Assembly (NCBI GenBank): GCA_963558405.1
Contig: CAUWGC010000010.1
Location: 1-64,000 of the forward strand
Direction: 5' to 3'
Length of the DNA stretch: 64,000 bases
From: an uncultured Clostridia bacterium
Lineage (GTDB): Bacteria > Bacillota > Clostridia > TANB77 > CAG-508
The notes under the pieces are model-generated. The model saw only the letters and a program-made list of their open reading frames with translations. It did no database searches and was not told where the DNA came from. Numbering within the stretch: position 1 is the first letter of the stretch; the number at the start of each line of letters is the position of its first letter. Below are positions 1-10,604 of the stretch, piece by piece. The position numbers and the translations under genes were made by a program.

Positions 1-272
1 CCGACAATACTTGCGGGTTACCCTGCTGGAAAAATAGGTTGTTGCCAGTTCTTTTTTTTATTAAAAAAGTTATAAATTAGAATTTTTAAAAAGTTTTAAT
101 TTATGACTTTTTTTGTTTAAAGATTGACTTTTAAACTATCTTTTTTTTATTTAGTATGATAAAATATAAAAGTAACTAATACTTAAATATAAATTAAAAT
201 AGACTTTTAAAACATAGTTAATATATAAAAATATTAAAATTTAAATTTGTCATAAATATAGGAGGAATAAAA

Positions 273-1244
273 GTGATAAGAAAATATAATCAAATTTTAA
301 ATATATCAAAAAATGAATTAAATCAAATAACAAATGATGAAGTAAATAAAAGATATGAAAGAGCAAAGTCAAGAATAAATTTAGGACAAAATGAACAAGA
401 AACTGCAATTCAAAGATCTTATTTACAAGATTTAGAAGAAGCGTATACTAATTTAAAAACTCCTGAAAAAAGACAAAAATATTTTAAAATTATAACAATA
501 CAAGAGCATAAATTATTAGGAATAGATGGTAAACGTTTATTAGAAATGTCAGATGAAGAAATAGAAAAAATTTATAAAGAAGCATTAAATATTTACAGAA
601 AAAAGGAAGAAGCTAAAGATTTAAAGCCAGAAGATGTTTCTTTGTTAAAACATTGTGAAGAAATTTTATTACCACAAGCTTTTGAAAGATTAAAAACAAG
701 AGAAAAAAGACAAGAATATTTAGGAGGATTTACAAAAGAGGATATAGAAGATGTAAAAAGTGCTCCTGTACATAATATTAGAATGGCATCAAAAAAAGAA
801 AAAGGAGACCCAATATGGGAAGAGTATGACATTATAGGAAGAAAACTAAAATTATACTTATTAGGTAGAGTAAATTATACAGAATTAAATTTAGAAAATT
901 ATATTGGGCAATATTTACTAGAAAGAAACAGGCTAAATTTCCAAGGTAAAAAAATAGAAGTGGATGAACTAAAATTTTTTACTGACGAAGTTATAGTAAG
1001 TAGATTAGATGATAGAGAATATAGGGAAGCATTTGAAAAAATGCTATCTAAAGAAAATGTAGATAAAATGAGAAAAAGAGCGGAAGCAGTTCAAGGAGAC
1101 TCAACAAAAGAAGGTATTTATTTGGGAAGTATAGAAGGAAATGAATTAGTATTTTCTAAAGAACAATTTGCTGCTGTTATGAAAGTAAATTTAGGAAAAG
1201 AATTGCAAAAAGAAAAGACAGAAAAACAAAAAGGAGAAGTATAA
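273..1244 (+). CDS. Hypothetical protein with two tandem degenerate J-domain-like repeats (no HPD motif)
   Basis: GTG start after AGGAGG. Two similar units (YNQILNIS...EEAYTNLKTPEKRQKY and HKLLGID...AFERLKTREKRQEY) resemble DnaJ helices I and III/IV. Confidence 0.55.
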   Translation: MIRKYNQILNISKNELNQITNDEVNKRYERAKSRINLGQNEQETAIQRSYLQDLEEAYTNLKTPEKRQKYFKIITIQEHKLLGIDGKRLLEMSDEEIEKIYKEALNIYRKKEEAKDLKPEDVSLLKHCEEILLPQAFERLKTREKRQEYLGGFTKEDIEDVKSAPVHNIRMASKKEKGDPIWEEYDIIGRKLKLYLLGRVNYTELNLENYIGQYLLERNRLNFQGKKIEVDELKFFTDEVIVSRLDDREYREAFEKMLSKENVDKMRKRAEAVQGDSTKEGIYLGSIEGNELVFSKEQFAAVMKVNLGKELQKEKTEKQKGEV

Positions 1245-1245
1245 A

Positions 1246-1829
1246 ATGGGAAAAAAGACATGGAAAGCAGGTACATTTATATATCCAATACCTGCTGTGA
1301 TGGTATCATGTGGAAATATGGAAAATTCAAATATTATAACAGTAGCATGGACGGGAATTATCAATACAAATCCAGCTATGTGCTATATTTCTGTAAGACC
1401 AACAAGATATTCATATAATCTTATTAAAGAATCAGGAGAATTTGTAATAAATTTAACAACAAAAAATTTAGCATATGCAACAGACTGGTGTCGGAGTAAA
1501 AAGTGGAAAAGATGTTGACAAGTTTAAACAAATGAACTTGTCAAAAGAAAAATCAGATTACTTATCATGTCCAATGATTAAAGAAAGTCCGGTTTCAGTA
1601 GAATGTAAAGTAAAAGAAATAAAAGAACTAGGAAGTCACCATATGTTTATAGCAGAGGTATTAGCTATACATGCAGATGAAAAATATATAGATGAAAAGG
1701 GAGCTTTTGATATATCAAAATGTGATTTAATAGCATACAGTAACGGAGGATATTATTCATTAGGAAAAAAAGTGGGAAAATTTCGGATATTCTGTTCAAA
1801 AAAAGAAACATAAAAGAAAATACAAATAA
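1246..1829 (+). CDS. Flavin reductase-like family protein, 193 aa when joined across two +1 shifts (CGG at 1492 and 1784)
   Basis: ORFs 1246..1518 and 1475..1813 plus a third-frame tail join as ATDWC-G-VKSGKDVDKF and GKKVGKF-G-YSVQKKK. Family motifs YPIPAVMVSCG, NIITVAWTG and ELGSHHMFIAEV are present. Confidence 0.85.
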
Positions 1830-1865
1830 AAATGAAAAAACGCCAAAACTTTAAAGCGATTTTGC

Positions 1866-1894
1866 TTGACATATACATGTATTCGTGATAAAAT
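1866..1894 (+). promoter_or_regulatory. SigA promoter of the rpmG-secE-nusG operon
   Basis: TTGACA-N17-TAAAAT with extended -10 TG. Confidence 0.7.
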
Positions 1895-1981
1895 ATCTAA
1901 GCGTATGTATGAGAAGACATACTTATTTAAGTTAAACAAAAATAAAAATAGCTTAAAATAGATGACGGAGGTGTTTTTAAA

Positions 1982-2146
1982 ATGGCTGCAAAAGGAGCAA
2001 GAGAACCAATAACATTAGAATGTACAGAATGTAAAAGAAGAACTTACATGACAGAAAAAAACAAAAAAAATGATACAGACAGATTAGAAATGGTTAAATA
2101 TTGTAAATTCTGTAAAAAACGTACAACTCACAAGGAAACAAAATAA
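1982..2146 (+). CDS. rpmG: 50S ribosomal protein L33, Zn-binding form (absent from ORF track)
   Basis: Manual translation [54 protein letters not shown]; GGAGGTG RBS; position before secE. Confidence 0.95.
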   Translation: MAAKGAREPITLECTECKRRTYMTEKNKKNDTDRLEMVKYCKFCKKRTTHKETK

Positions 2147-2166
2147 GCCTTTAAGGGGGAAACAAA

Positions 2167-2538
2167 ATGTCTAAAGAAACAAAAAACAATAAAGAAGTAA
2201 AAAATAGCAAAGACAAAAGACATTTTTTTAAAGATTTTAAAGCAGAACTAAAAAAAGTAATTTGGCCAACACCAAAGCAATTAGTAAACAATACAGTTGC
2301 TGTTATTACTATTGTATTAATTACTGCATTAATAGTATTTATATTAGATTTTACTTTTGAATCTATTAATAAATACGGTGTAAATAAAATAAGAGCTGCT
2401 GTAGAATCTAGTGTAAAAAATGAAGAAAACACAGAAACTACAAACAATAATGTTGAAAATAATAACACAGTAGAAGAATCACAAAATAGTAATGAACAAA
2501 CAAATATGACAAATACAACAGAACAAAGTAATACTTAG
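2167..2538 (+). CDS. secE: Preprotein translocase subunit SecE with N/T/E-rich tail
   Basis: FFKDFKAELKKVIWPT motif followed by one TM segment; rpmG-secE-nusG synteny. Confidence 0.93.
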   Translation: MSKETKNNKEVKNSKDKRHFFKDFKAELKKVIWPTPKQLVNNTVAVITIVLITALIVFILDFTFESINKYGVNKIRAAVESSVKNEENTETTNNNVENNNTVEESQNSNEQTNMTNTTEQSNT

Positions 2539-2559
2539 GAAATAAAGGAGGTTTGTCTC

Positions 2560-3093
2560 ATGGCTCAAAATTATGATATGGAACCAAGATGGTATGTTGT
2601 ACATACATATTCTGGATATGAAAATAAAGTAAAAACAGACTTGGAACATACAATAAAAAACAGAGAACTAGAAGAGTATTTTTTTGATATTGTTGTTCCA
2701 ATGGAAGAACAAATAGAAATTAAAGACGGAAAAAGAAAAGCAAACCTTAAAAAAGTATTTCCTGGATATGTACTAGTAAAAATGATTGTTACAGAACAAA
2801 CTTGGTACATAGTAAGAAATACAAGAGGTGTTACAGGATTCGTTGGATCTGGTACAGATCCAATTCCACTTACTGATGAAGAAATAAAGAATATGGGATT
2901 TGAGGATGTTCCTGTAAATATTGATTATGAAGTTGGAGATTCTGTACGTGTTATGAATGGTGCATTCCAAGATTATACTGGAACTGTTCAAGAAATTAAT
3001 AAAGAAAAACATAAAGTAAAAGTTACAGTTTCTATGTTTGGAAGAGAAACACCAGTTGAACTTGATTTTTCACAAGTACAAAAAGTAGATTAA
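2560..3093 (+). CDS. nusG: Transcription factor NusG
   Basis: [25 protein letters not shown] domain, [10 protein letters not shown]. Confidence 0.98.
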   Translation: MAQNYDMEPRWYVVHTYSGYENKVKTDLEHTIKNRELEEYFFDIVVPMEEQIEIKDGKRKANLKKVFPGYVLVKMIVTEQTWYIVRNTRGVTGFVGSGTDPIPLTDEEIKNMGFEDVPVNIDYEVGDSVRVMNGAFQDYTGTVQEINKEKHKVKVTVSMFGRETPVELDFSQVQKVD

Positions 3094-3174
3094 TATTTTA
3101 GTTAAGAATCTGAGGCGTTTTAAACCTCATAAATATATATTCTTAAAGGATACCATAAGGAGGTGCAAAGAAAA

Positions 3175-3603
3175 ATGGCAGAAAAAGAAATTACCAATGT
3201 TATAAAATTACAAATACCAGCTGGAAAAGCAACACCAGCTCCACCAGTAGGACCAGCTTTAGGTTCAAGTGGTGTAAATATTATGCAATTTGTTAAAGAA
3301 TTCAATGATAGAACTGCTAATCAACCAGGAATGATTATACCTGTTGTTATAACAGTTTACAAAGATAAATCTTTTGAATTCATTACAAAGGTTCCACCAG
3401 TTGCAATATTAATTAAAAAAGCAGCTAAAATAGAAAAAGCTTCTGGAAAACCAAACAGAGAAAAAGTTGCAAAAATAACAATGGCACAAGTTAAAGAAAT
3501 TGCAGAAACAAAAATGCCTGACTTAAATGCTGCTTCATTAGAAGCTGCTATGAGCATGGTTAAAGGAACTGCAAGAAGCATGGGTGTTATTGTAGAAGAA
3601 TAA
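3175..3603 (+). CDS. rplK: 50S ribosomal protein L11
   Basis: [20 protein letters not shown]; ATG at 3175 after AGGAGG. Confidence 0.98.
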   Translation: MAEKEITNVIKLQIPAGKATPAPPVGPALGSSGVNIMQFVKEFNDRTANQPGMIIPVVITVYKDKSFEFITKVPPVAILIKKAAKIEKASGKPNREKVAKITMAQVKEIAETKMPDLNAASLEAAMSMVKGTARSMGVIVEE

Positions 3604-3611
3604 AAATAAAA

Positions 3612-3644
3612 TTGGGAGAAGTAACAATACTTCGATAATACCAA
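3612..3644 (+). promoter_or_regulatory. Probable L1-binding autoregulatory RNA site before rplA
   Basis: TGGGAG-aagta...tactt-...ACCA stem with GGAG/ACCA internal motif just upstream of the rplA RBS. Confidence 0.5.
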
Positions 3645-3656
3645 AGGAGGTTAAAA

Positions 3657-4340
3657 ATGAAAAGAGGTAAGAGATATCTAGAAAGCGAAAAGCTTGTAGA
3701 TAAACAAAAGGTCTATTCAGCAAAAGAAGCAATTGAGCTAATTGAAAAAATGCCAAAAGCTAAATTTGATGAAACAGTTGAATTACATGTTAAATTAGGT
3801 GTAGATTCTAAACATGCTGATCAACAAGTAAGAGGTACAGTTGTACTTCCACATGGTACTGGTAAAACATTAAAAGTATTAGTATTCGCTAAAGGAGATA
3901 AAGCAAAAGAAGCAGAAGCTGCTGGAGCTGATTTCGTTGGTGCAGAAGAATTAATACCAAAAATCGAAAAAGAAAATTGGTTTGATTATGATGTTATAGT
4001 TGCAACACCAGATATGATGGGTGTTGTAGGTAGATTAGGTAAAGTATTAGGACCAAAAGGATTAATGCCAAACCCTAAATCTGGAACAGTAACTATGGAT
4101 GTTACAAAAGCAATTAATGAAATTAAATCTGGTAAAGTTGAATATCGTTTAGATAAAAATAACATTATTCACTTAGGATTTGGAAAAGTTTCATTTGGTG
4201 CTCAAAAATTATTAGAAAACTATGATACAATTATTGCAGCAATTATAAAAGCAAAACCAGCTGCTGCAAAAGGTCAATACATTAAGAGTACAGCAATTTC
4301 TACTACAATGGGACCAAGTATCTATTTAGACCAAAAATAA
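3657..4340 (+). CDS. rplA: 50S ribosomal protein L1
   Basis: [36 protein letters not shown]. Confidence 0.98.
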   Translation: MKRGKRYLESEKLVDKQKVYSAKEAIELIEKMPKAKFDETVELHVKLGVDSKHADQQVRGTVVLPHGTGKTLKVLVFAKGDKAKEAEAAGADFVGAEELIPKIEKENWFDYDVIVATPDMMGVVGRLGKVLGPKGLMPNPKSGTVTMDVTKAINEIKSGKVEYRLDKNNIIHLGFGKVSFGAQKLLENYDTIIAAIIKAKPAAAKGQYIKSTAISTTMGPSIYLDQK

Positions 4341-4344
4341 AATA

Positions 4345-4450
4345 GATGCCAAAGACAGTAGGCAAAATCTTAAGTCCTACCGAGGTATATTGTGCGGATT
4401 ATATATCCTAGCTTTATGCCATGGTGGGTACAAAAGTTAGGATATTTATT
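4345..4450 (+). promoter_or_regulatory. L10 leader
   Basis: AAGACAGTAGG...TAA...CCTACCGAGG core of the Firmicute L10 leader, upstream of rplJ. Confidence 0.8.
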
Positions 4451-4479
4451 TTATTTCTATATTTCTAGGAGGTGAAAAC

Positions 4480-4983
4480 ATGGCAAGTGAAAGTATACTA
4501 AAACAAAAGCAAGGAGAAGTTTCAGCATTAGCAGAAAAAATGAAAGATGCAAAACTTATTCTATTAACAGATTACAGAGGAATTAATGTAACAGATGTTA
4601 CAAATTTAAGAAACGATTTAAGAAAAACAAATTCTGAGTATAAAGTTATAAAAAATAACATTACAAGAAGAGCTTTAGAAGAATGTAAAATTGAAGGATT
4701 AGAAGATAAATTAGTAGGACCAACAGCAGTTGTTATTAGTCATGAAGATTACTTAGAACCAGCAAAAGCTATATATAATTTTGCAAAAAATAATGAATTT
4801 TACAAAATTAAAGGTGGAGTAATTGAAGGAAAAGTAATGACAGCTGAAGAAATTATTACATTAGCAAAACTACCTTCAAGACAAACATTACTTGGTATGC
4901 TTGCTGGTGCTTTACTTGGAAATGTTACCAAGTTAGCAGTAGCTTTAGATCAAGTTAAAGTTCAAAAAGAAGCTAACGCTTAA
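4480..4983 (+). CDS. rplJ: 50S ribosomal protein L10
   Basis: DYRGINV, VIKNNITRRA, LAKLPSR; synteny. Confidence 0.97.
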   Translation: MASESILKQKQGEVSALAEKMKDAKLILLTDYRGINVTDVTNLRNDLRKTNSEYKVIKNNITRRALEECKIEGLEDKLVGPTAVVISHEDYLEPAKAIYNFAKNNEFYKIKGGVIEGKVMTAEEIITLAKLPSRQTLLGMLAGALLGNVTKLAVALDQVKVQKEANA

Positions 4984-5057
4984 TTTAAAAAATATAAAAT
5001 TAAATGGATAACATAGGTTATCAGTAAAAATAAAATTTATTTAGGAGGATTTATAAA

Positions 5058-5426
5058 ATGGCAAAAATTGATGAATTATTAGAGACAATTGATAGTTTAA
5101 CAGTAGTTGAACTTGCAGAATTAGTAAAAGGAATTGAAGAAAAATATGGTGTATCTGCAGCAGCAGTTGCAGCACCAGCAGCAGGAGCAGTTGCAGGAGC
5201 AGCTGCTGAAGAAAAAACTTCTTTTAACGTAGTATTAAAAGAAGCTGGATCAAACAAAATCCAAGTAATCAAAGTAGTTAGAGAAGCTACAGGTCTAGGA
5301 TTAAAAGAAGCTAAAGACTTAGTAGATGGTGCTCCAAAAACAGTTAAAGAAGGAGCTTCTAAAGAAGAAGCTGAAGAATTAAAAAATAAATTCGCAGAAG
5401 CTGGAGCAGTTGTTGAATTACAATAA
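5058..5426 (+). CDS. rplL: 50S ribosomal protein L7/L12
   Basis: [28 protein letters not shown]. Confidence 0.98.
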   Translation: MAKIDELLETIDSLTVVELAELVKGIEEKYGVSAAAVAAPAAGAVAGAAAEEKTSFNVVLKEAGSNKIQVIKVVREATGLGLKEAKDLVDGAPKTVKEGASKEEAEELKNKFAEAGAVVELQ

Positions 5427-5434
5427 TAAATGTT

Positions 5435-5473
5435 AAAAAGAAGTAGAAATAAATCTACTTCTTTTTTTTTTTT
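5435..5473 (+). terminator. Rho-independent terminator after rplL
   Basis: AAAAGAAGTAGA/TCTACTTCTTTT stem followed by a long U tract. Confidence 0.85.
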
Positions 5474-5602
5474 AGAAAAACTCCGATAACTTTGACCACA
5501 AAACAAGTTGCAAAAGTATGATAGTGTTTGATATAATATCAAACATAGATTATTAAATAGTACTAATAAAAACGGAGTAACAATAAAATTAGGAGGTATG
5601 AG

Positions 5603-6283
5603 ATGATAGGAATTATTGCAGCAATGAAAGAAGAAATGATAGAAATACTAAATATAATGAATATGGAAGAATCTAAAGAAATATATGGTTTAAAAATTAA
5701 TAAAGGGAAAATAAATCAAAAAGAAGTTGTTTTAGTTCAAGCTGGAGTAGGAAAAGTAAATGCTGCTAGAACTACACAAATATTAATAGATAATTTTAAT
5801 ATAGAATATATTATAAATGTAGGAAGTGCTGGAACTTCTAAAGAAAATATCAATATTGGAGATATAGTAATAGGTAAAAAAATGGTACAACATGATTTTG
5901 ATATAACTGCATTTGGACATAAAAAAGGATATATTACAGATATTGGAAGAGAACTTATAATGAATGAAGACCTTTTAAATAAATACAAAGAAATTATAAA
6001 TAATATAAATAGAGATTATCAAACAATAATTGGAACTATAGCATCTGGAGATATTTTTTGTACAGATATAGAAAAAACAAAGGGAATTGAAAAAGAATTT
6101 GATGCAGATGCAATAGAAATGGAAGGAGCAGCAATTGCACAAGTATGTAAATTAGCTAATATTCCATGGATTATTATTCGCTCAATTTCAGATGTAGCTA
6201 ATGGAAAAAATGCAAGTATTCATGAACATTATTTAGAAGAAGTATCTAAAAGATGTGCAAAGATTTTAAAACAAGCTATATAA
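5603..6283 (+). CDS. mtnN: MTA/SAH nucleosidase
   Basis: MIGIIAAMKEE, GVGKVNAA, SGDIF, EMEGAAIAQVC, RSISD. Confidence 0.93.
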   Translation: MIGIIAAMKEEMIEILNIMNMEESKEIYGLKINKGKINQKEVVLVQAGVGKVNAARTTQILIDNFNIEYIINVGSAGTSKENINIGDIVIGKKMVQHDFDITAFGHKKGYITDIGRELIMNEDLLNKYKEIINNINRDYQTIIGTIASGDIFCTDIEKTKGIEKEFDADAIEMEGAAIAQVCKLANIPWIIIRSISDVANGKNASIHEHYLEEVSKRCAKILKQAI

Positions 6284-6340
6284 ATTGTCAAAAAGCTACG
6301 TCCCTATTGACAATGGAAAAATTTTCATTTAAATAAATAA

Positions 6341-6369
6341 TTGACATTTTTAGATTTTAAGTATATACT
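6341..6369 (+). promoter_or_regulatory. SigA promoter
   Basis: TTGACA-N17-TATACT upstream of the NlpC/P60 gene. Confidence 0.7.
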
Positions 6370-6419
6370 ATGAATGGTTTTTATAGGAAAATTTGACCAA
6401 TAAAGGAGAAATATAATAT

Positions 6420-7991
6420 ATGAAATTATTTAGAAAAACATTAATAGTAGCTATTTTTACTATTTTGTTTTTTATACTAACAAAAGATAATGTATATGCA
6501 GTAACTGGTACAATTACAACAGAAACATTAAAGCTTAGAAAATCTCCTTCAACAGATTCAGCTGTATTAGATTTAATGTCAGTAGGAGAAGATGTAGATG
6601 TTATAGAAAAAGAAGGAGAATGGTATAAGATTAAATATAATGGAACAGAAGGGTATGCACATCAGGATTACATAAAGGTGGATGGAAAAGTAGAGGAAGT
6701 GTCTAATACTGAAGAAACACCAGTAGAACAAGAAAAGCCAAATCAAAATGAAGAAGAGAAACCTCAAGAAAATAAACCAGAAGAAACACCAGAAAAAACG
6801 ACAGAAGAGAATAATACAACAGAGCAAACTGATGATTTAAAAGAAGGAAAAATTACTGAGGATACTTCTTTAAAAATATTACCACTTATTAATAGTGAAA
6901 ATTTAAAAGAAATAAAAAAAGATAGTCCAGTTATAGTAATGAGAAAAGCTGGAAAGTGGGCATATATTTCAATAGATGGAATAAATGGATGGATAATAGA
7001 AAGTAAAATACAATATGAAGATATTAAGGAACAAAATAATGAAGGAACAAAAACTGAAGAACCAGATCAAAACAATAAAGATGAAAAACCAGTAGAAGAG
7101 AAACCAAGTTACGAATCTAAAAAAGCTTTTGTAAATTCAGAATCTATTAATGTAAGAGAAAGTGGAAGTATGGACTCAGAAGTTATTACTACTCTTAAAA
7201 TGAATGCAGAAGTAACCATAACAGGAGAAGAAGGTGACTGGTATAAAATAGAGTTTGATGGAAAAACTGGATATGTTGCTAAAAGATTATTATCAGATGA
7301 AAAAACAGAGGTGTCTTCAAGAGGTGATAATGAAAGAGAAGAAGGACAAACTTCTACTAAAACTATGTATGTAAATGTTTCAGTAGCAAATGTAAGAAAT
7401 GAAGCAACAACTTCATCTAGTGTATTATTACAATTACAAAAAAATGATTCTGTAATAGTATTAGATGAGATAGATGGATTTTACAAAGTACAAATAGGAG
7501 AAAAAATAGGATATATTTCAAACGAATTATTAGGAGATAGCAAACAAGAAGAAATAAACACAGAAGAAAACAATAATCCAAATGATAATCAAGAAGAAAA
7601 TACAAAAGCTCCTTCAGATAAAGGTGAAGAAGTTGTTGCACTTGCTAAAAAATATTTAGGATATAAATATGTATATGGTGGAGCATCACCATCAAGTGGT
7701 TTTGATTGTTCTGGTTATACCCAATATATATTTAAACAATTTGGTGTATCACTTAGCCATTCAGCTACAGCACAGTCAAAAGTAGGAAGTAATGTATCAA
7801 AATCTGATTTAAAATTAGGTGATATTGTTATCTTTAATGATGATGCTAATAGTTCTATTGGACATGTTGGTATATATATAGGGGAAAATAATTTTATTCA
7901 TGCATCTAATCCAAGTGATGGGGTAAAAGTTACATCTTTATCAAATAGTTATTATTTAAAAAGATATGTAACTGCTAGGAGATTAGTATAA
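6420..7991 (+). CDS. Secreted peptidoglycan endopeptidase with about four SH3b domains and an NlpC/P60 domain
   Basis: Signal peptide; repeated NVR...GEWYKI...GYV SH3_3 units; C-terminal YVYGG...GFDCSG...HVGIY...FIHAS. Confidence 0.92.
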   Translation: MKLFRKTLIVAIFTILFFILTKDNVYAVTGTITTETLKLRKSPSTDSAVLDLMSVGEDVDVIEKEGEWYKIKYNGTEGYAHQDYIKVDGKVEEVSNTEETPVEQEKPNQNEEEKPQENKPEETPEKTTEENNTTEQTDDLKEGKITEDTSLKILPLINSENLKEIKKDSPVIVMRKAGKWAYISIDGINGWIIESKIQYEDIKEQNNEGTKTEEPDQNNKDEKPVEEKPSYESKKAFVNSESINVRESGSMDSEVITTLKMNAEVTITGEEGDWYKIEFDGKTGYVAKRLLSDEKTEVSSRGDNEREEGQTSTKTMYVNVSVANVRNEATTSSSVLLQLQKNDSVIVLDEIDGFYKVQIGEKIGYISNELLGDSKQEEINTEENNNPNDNQEENTKAPSDKGEEVVALAKKYLGYKYVYGGASPSSGFDCSGYTQYIFKQFGVSLSHSATAQSKVGSNVSKSDLKLGDIVIFNDDANSSIGHVGIYIGENNFIHASNPSDGVKVTSLSNSYYLKRYVTARRLV

Positions 7992-10544
7992 AATATAGAA
8001 TAATAACAATTATTACAATTTGTTATTTACTAGGTATATTATGGGAGCTATACAATTTACAAGTAGCTCTCTTTTTTTGTATTTTAATTGTCATTTTTTA
8101 CATAAATTTTATGGCTATTTTAAAAATAAATAAAAAGAGAGTAAAAGTATATAGTAAATGGATAAAAAAGCAAATAAACTATAAAATTTTAGCAATATGC
8201 ATATGTACGTTTTTTGTTGGATGTATTTATACTGAATGTTTAAATAAAGAATATGATAAAATTGATATTCTTAATGAAAAAGAAGTAAAAATAGAAGGCA
8301 TAATAATTAGTGATAAACAGGAAGAAAAATATAAAAATACTTATACATTTAAAATAAATAAAATAGGTAAAGATACAAGTTTAAAAGGGAAAAAAATAAT
8401 TTTAAATATAAAGAAACAAAAGAAAGAAAATAAAGTATTAGAGTATGGTGATAAAATTTCTTTTATAGGAACATTTTATTCACCAGAGGATATGAGAAAT
8501 GAAGGTGGATTTAGTGATAGAGAATATTTAAAAAGCAAAAAACTAATAGGTAGAGTAAATACAAGCTATACAAGTGTAAATATTATACAAAAAGATACAT
8601 ATAGAGGTATAAGCAAAATTTCAAATTATATTAGGAAAAAAATAAAAGAATCTATAAATATATTATTACCAGATAAAACAAGGGGATTATGTTTGGCTAT
8701 TTTATTAGGTGATAAATCAAATGTGGATATAGAAATAATAAATAATTTTAGAGATAGTAGTCTAGCACATATGCTTGCTGTATCGGGTGATCATGTAAAT
8801 TATATAATATTGGGAATATCACTTTTCTTATATAAAATAAAGTTTAGTAAAAAAATTAGCAGTATTATATCAATTTGTATTCTTATTTTGTTTATGTTTA
8901 TAACCGGTTTTACTACATCTGTTGTAAGAGCATGTATTATGGGAATTATTCTACTTGGTTCTAACCTTTTTTATAGAAAATATGATTTTTTATCTGGGAT
9001 TAGTATTAGTGTATTAATTTTATTAACATATAATCCATTTGTTATTAAAGATATTGGTTTTCTGCTTTCATATGGTGGAGTGATAGGAATTGTTTTATAT
9101 TATCCAATAATAAAAGAGTTTATAGAGAGTAGGAAGCAAAATATTTATGATAATAATAAAAATGAAGTAAGGAAAAAAGAAAGAAAATCAATATTAAAAA
9201 GAATAAGAGATAAGATTATAGAAAATATAAAAAATATAACATTTATAAGTATATCAGCTAATATTGTTCTTATTCCAATAATTATGGCTAACTTTAATAC
9301 AGTTTCATTTACATTTGTTATTTCAAATATATTAGCAAGTTTTATTATGGGGACAATTGTAATACTTGGTTTTTCTTTTTGCATTATTGGAATGTTTAAA
9401 AATTTATATATTAATTTTATTTTAGGTCATATACTTAATTTTTTCTTGGAAATTTTAATACAAATAACTAATTTTTGTTCAAATATTCCGTTATCAAAAA
9501 TTTATATAATTCCTCCTAACAAATATTTGATAGTAATCTACTATATATTTATTTTTATGTTATGGTATTATTTAAAAATAAAAAATAAAGAATACAAAAG
9601 ATATATTCATAATTTAATAATATATAAATTTAAAATAAAAAGACAACAAATTATAAAATATATTAAAGAAAATACAAAATACTTTGTTGCAGTTTTAATT
9701 TTGATTTTTATATTTATATATATAATAAAAATTATACCTAAAGACATAATAATACACATGGTTGATGTTGGACAAGGTGATTGTGTATTGATTAAAACTA
9801 GAATGGGAAAAACTATTTTAATAGATGGAGGAGGTAGTGATGATATAAATTTTGATGTAGGAGAAAAAACATTACTTCCATATTTATTAAATAAAGGTAT
9901 TAATAAAATTGACTATATAATTATTTCTCATTTTGATTCAGATCATTGTAAAGGTGTAATGTATGTAATGAAAGAAATTAAAGTTAATAATGTAATTATA
10001 GGTAGTCAGTTTGAAGAATCTGATAATTATAAAGAATTTATAAATATTATAAAAAAGAAAAATATAAAAACATTTGTTGCAGAAAAAGGACAAAGTATAA
10101 ATATAGAAAAAGATTTATACTTGGATATTTTATGGCCTGATAGTGGAAATATAATTAAAGAAAATGTATTAAATAATAATTCACTTGTATGTAAGCTAAA
10201 ATATAAAAATTTTTCAATGTTATTTACAGGAGATATAGAAGAAAAAGCAGAAAAAATAATATTAGATAAATATGATTATAATTTAAAAATTCTAAAATCT
10301 ACAATTTTAAAAGTAGCTCATCATCGGTTCTAAATCATCATCAGTAGATGAATTTTTAGAAGCGGTAAGTCCACAAATTGCTTTAATAGGTGTAGGAGAA
10401 AAGAATACATTTGGTCATCCAAATAAAGATGTGTTAGATAGATTAGAAGAAAAACGTTGCAGAATATACAGAACAGACAAAAAAGGAGAAATAACAATTA
10501 TACTAAATAAAAATGGAGATATAAAAATAAAAACACAGTTATAA
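7988..10544 (+). CDS. comEC: DNA uptake channel ComEC/Rec2; probable ATA start at 7988 (first ATG 8111); +1 shift at CGG 10325
   Basis: HMLAVSGDH, SVVRACIM, DVGQGD, SHFDSDH. The +1 frame continues KVAHH-G-SKSSS...GVGEKNTFGHP...IYRTDKKGEI to TAA at 10544. Confidence 0.88.
8043..8078 (+). terminator. Terminator-like hairpin after the NlpC/P60 gene, inside the probable comEC 5' coding region
   Basis: GGGAGCTA...TAGCTCTC followed by T7. Confidence 0.6.
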
Positions 10545-10553
10545 CAAAAAAAT

Positions 10554-10582
10554 GTATAAATTTTCTATATTTTCAAATACTA
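10554..10582 (+). promoter_or_regulatory. Possible forespore sigma (SigF/SigG-type) promoter
   Basis: GTATA-N17-AATACTA upstream of the bofC-like gene. Confidence 0.35.
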
Positions 10583-10604
10583 ATAGTAATTAAATTACAA
10601 GAGG

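Noticed and set aside
1-60. GC-rich hairpins and a U tract at the window start, possibly the 3' end of a structured RNA
   Set aside because: Truncated by the window edge; no family can be assigned.
5426-5603. Absence of rpoB after rplL
   Set aside because: Separation of rpoBC from rplJL occurs in various Firmicutes and is not remarkable alone.
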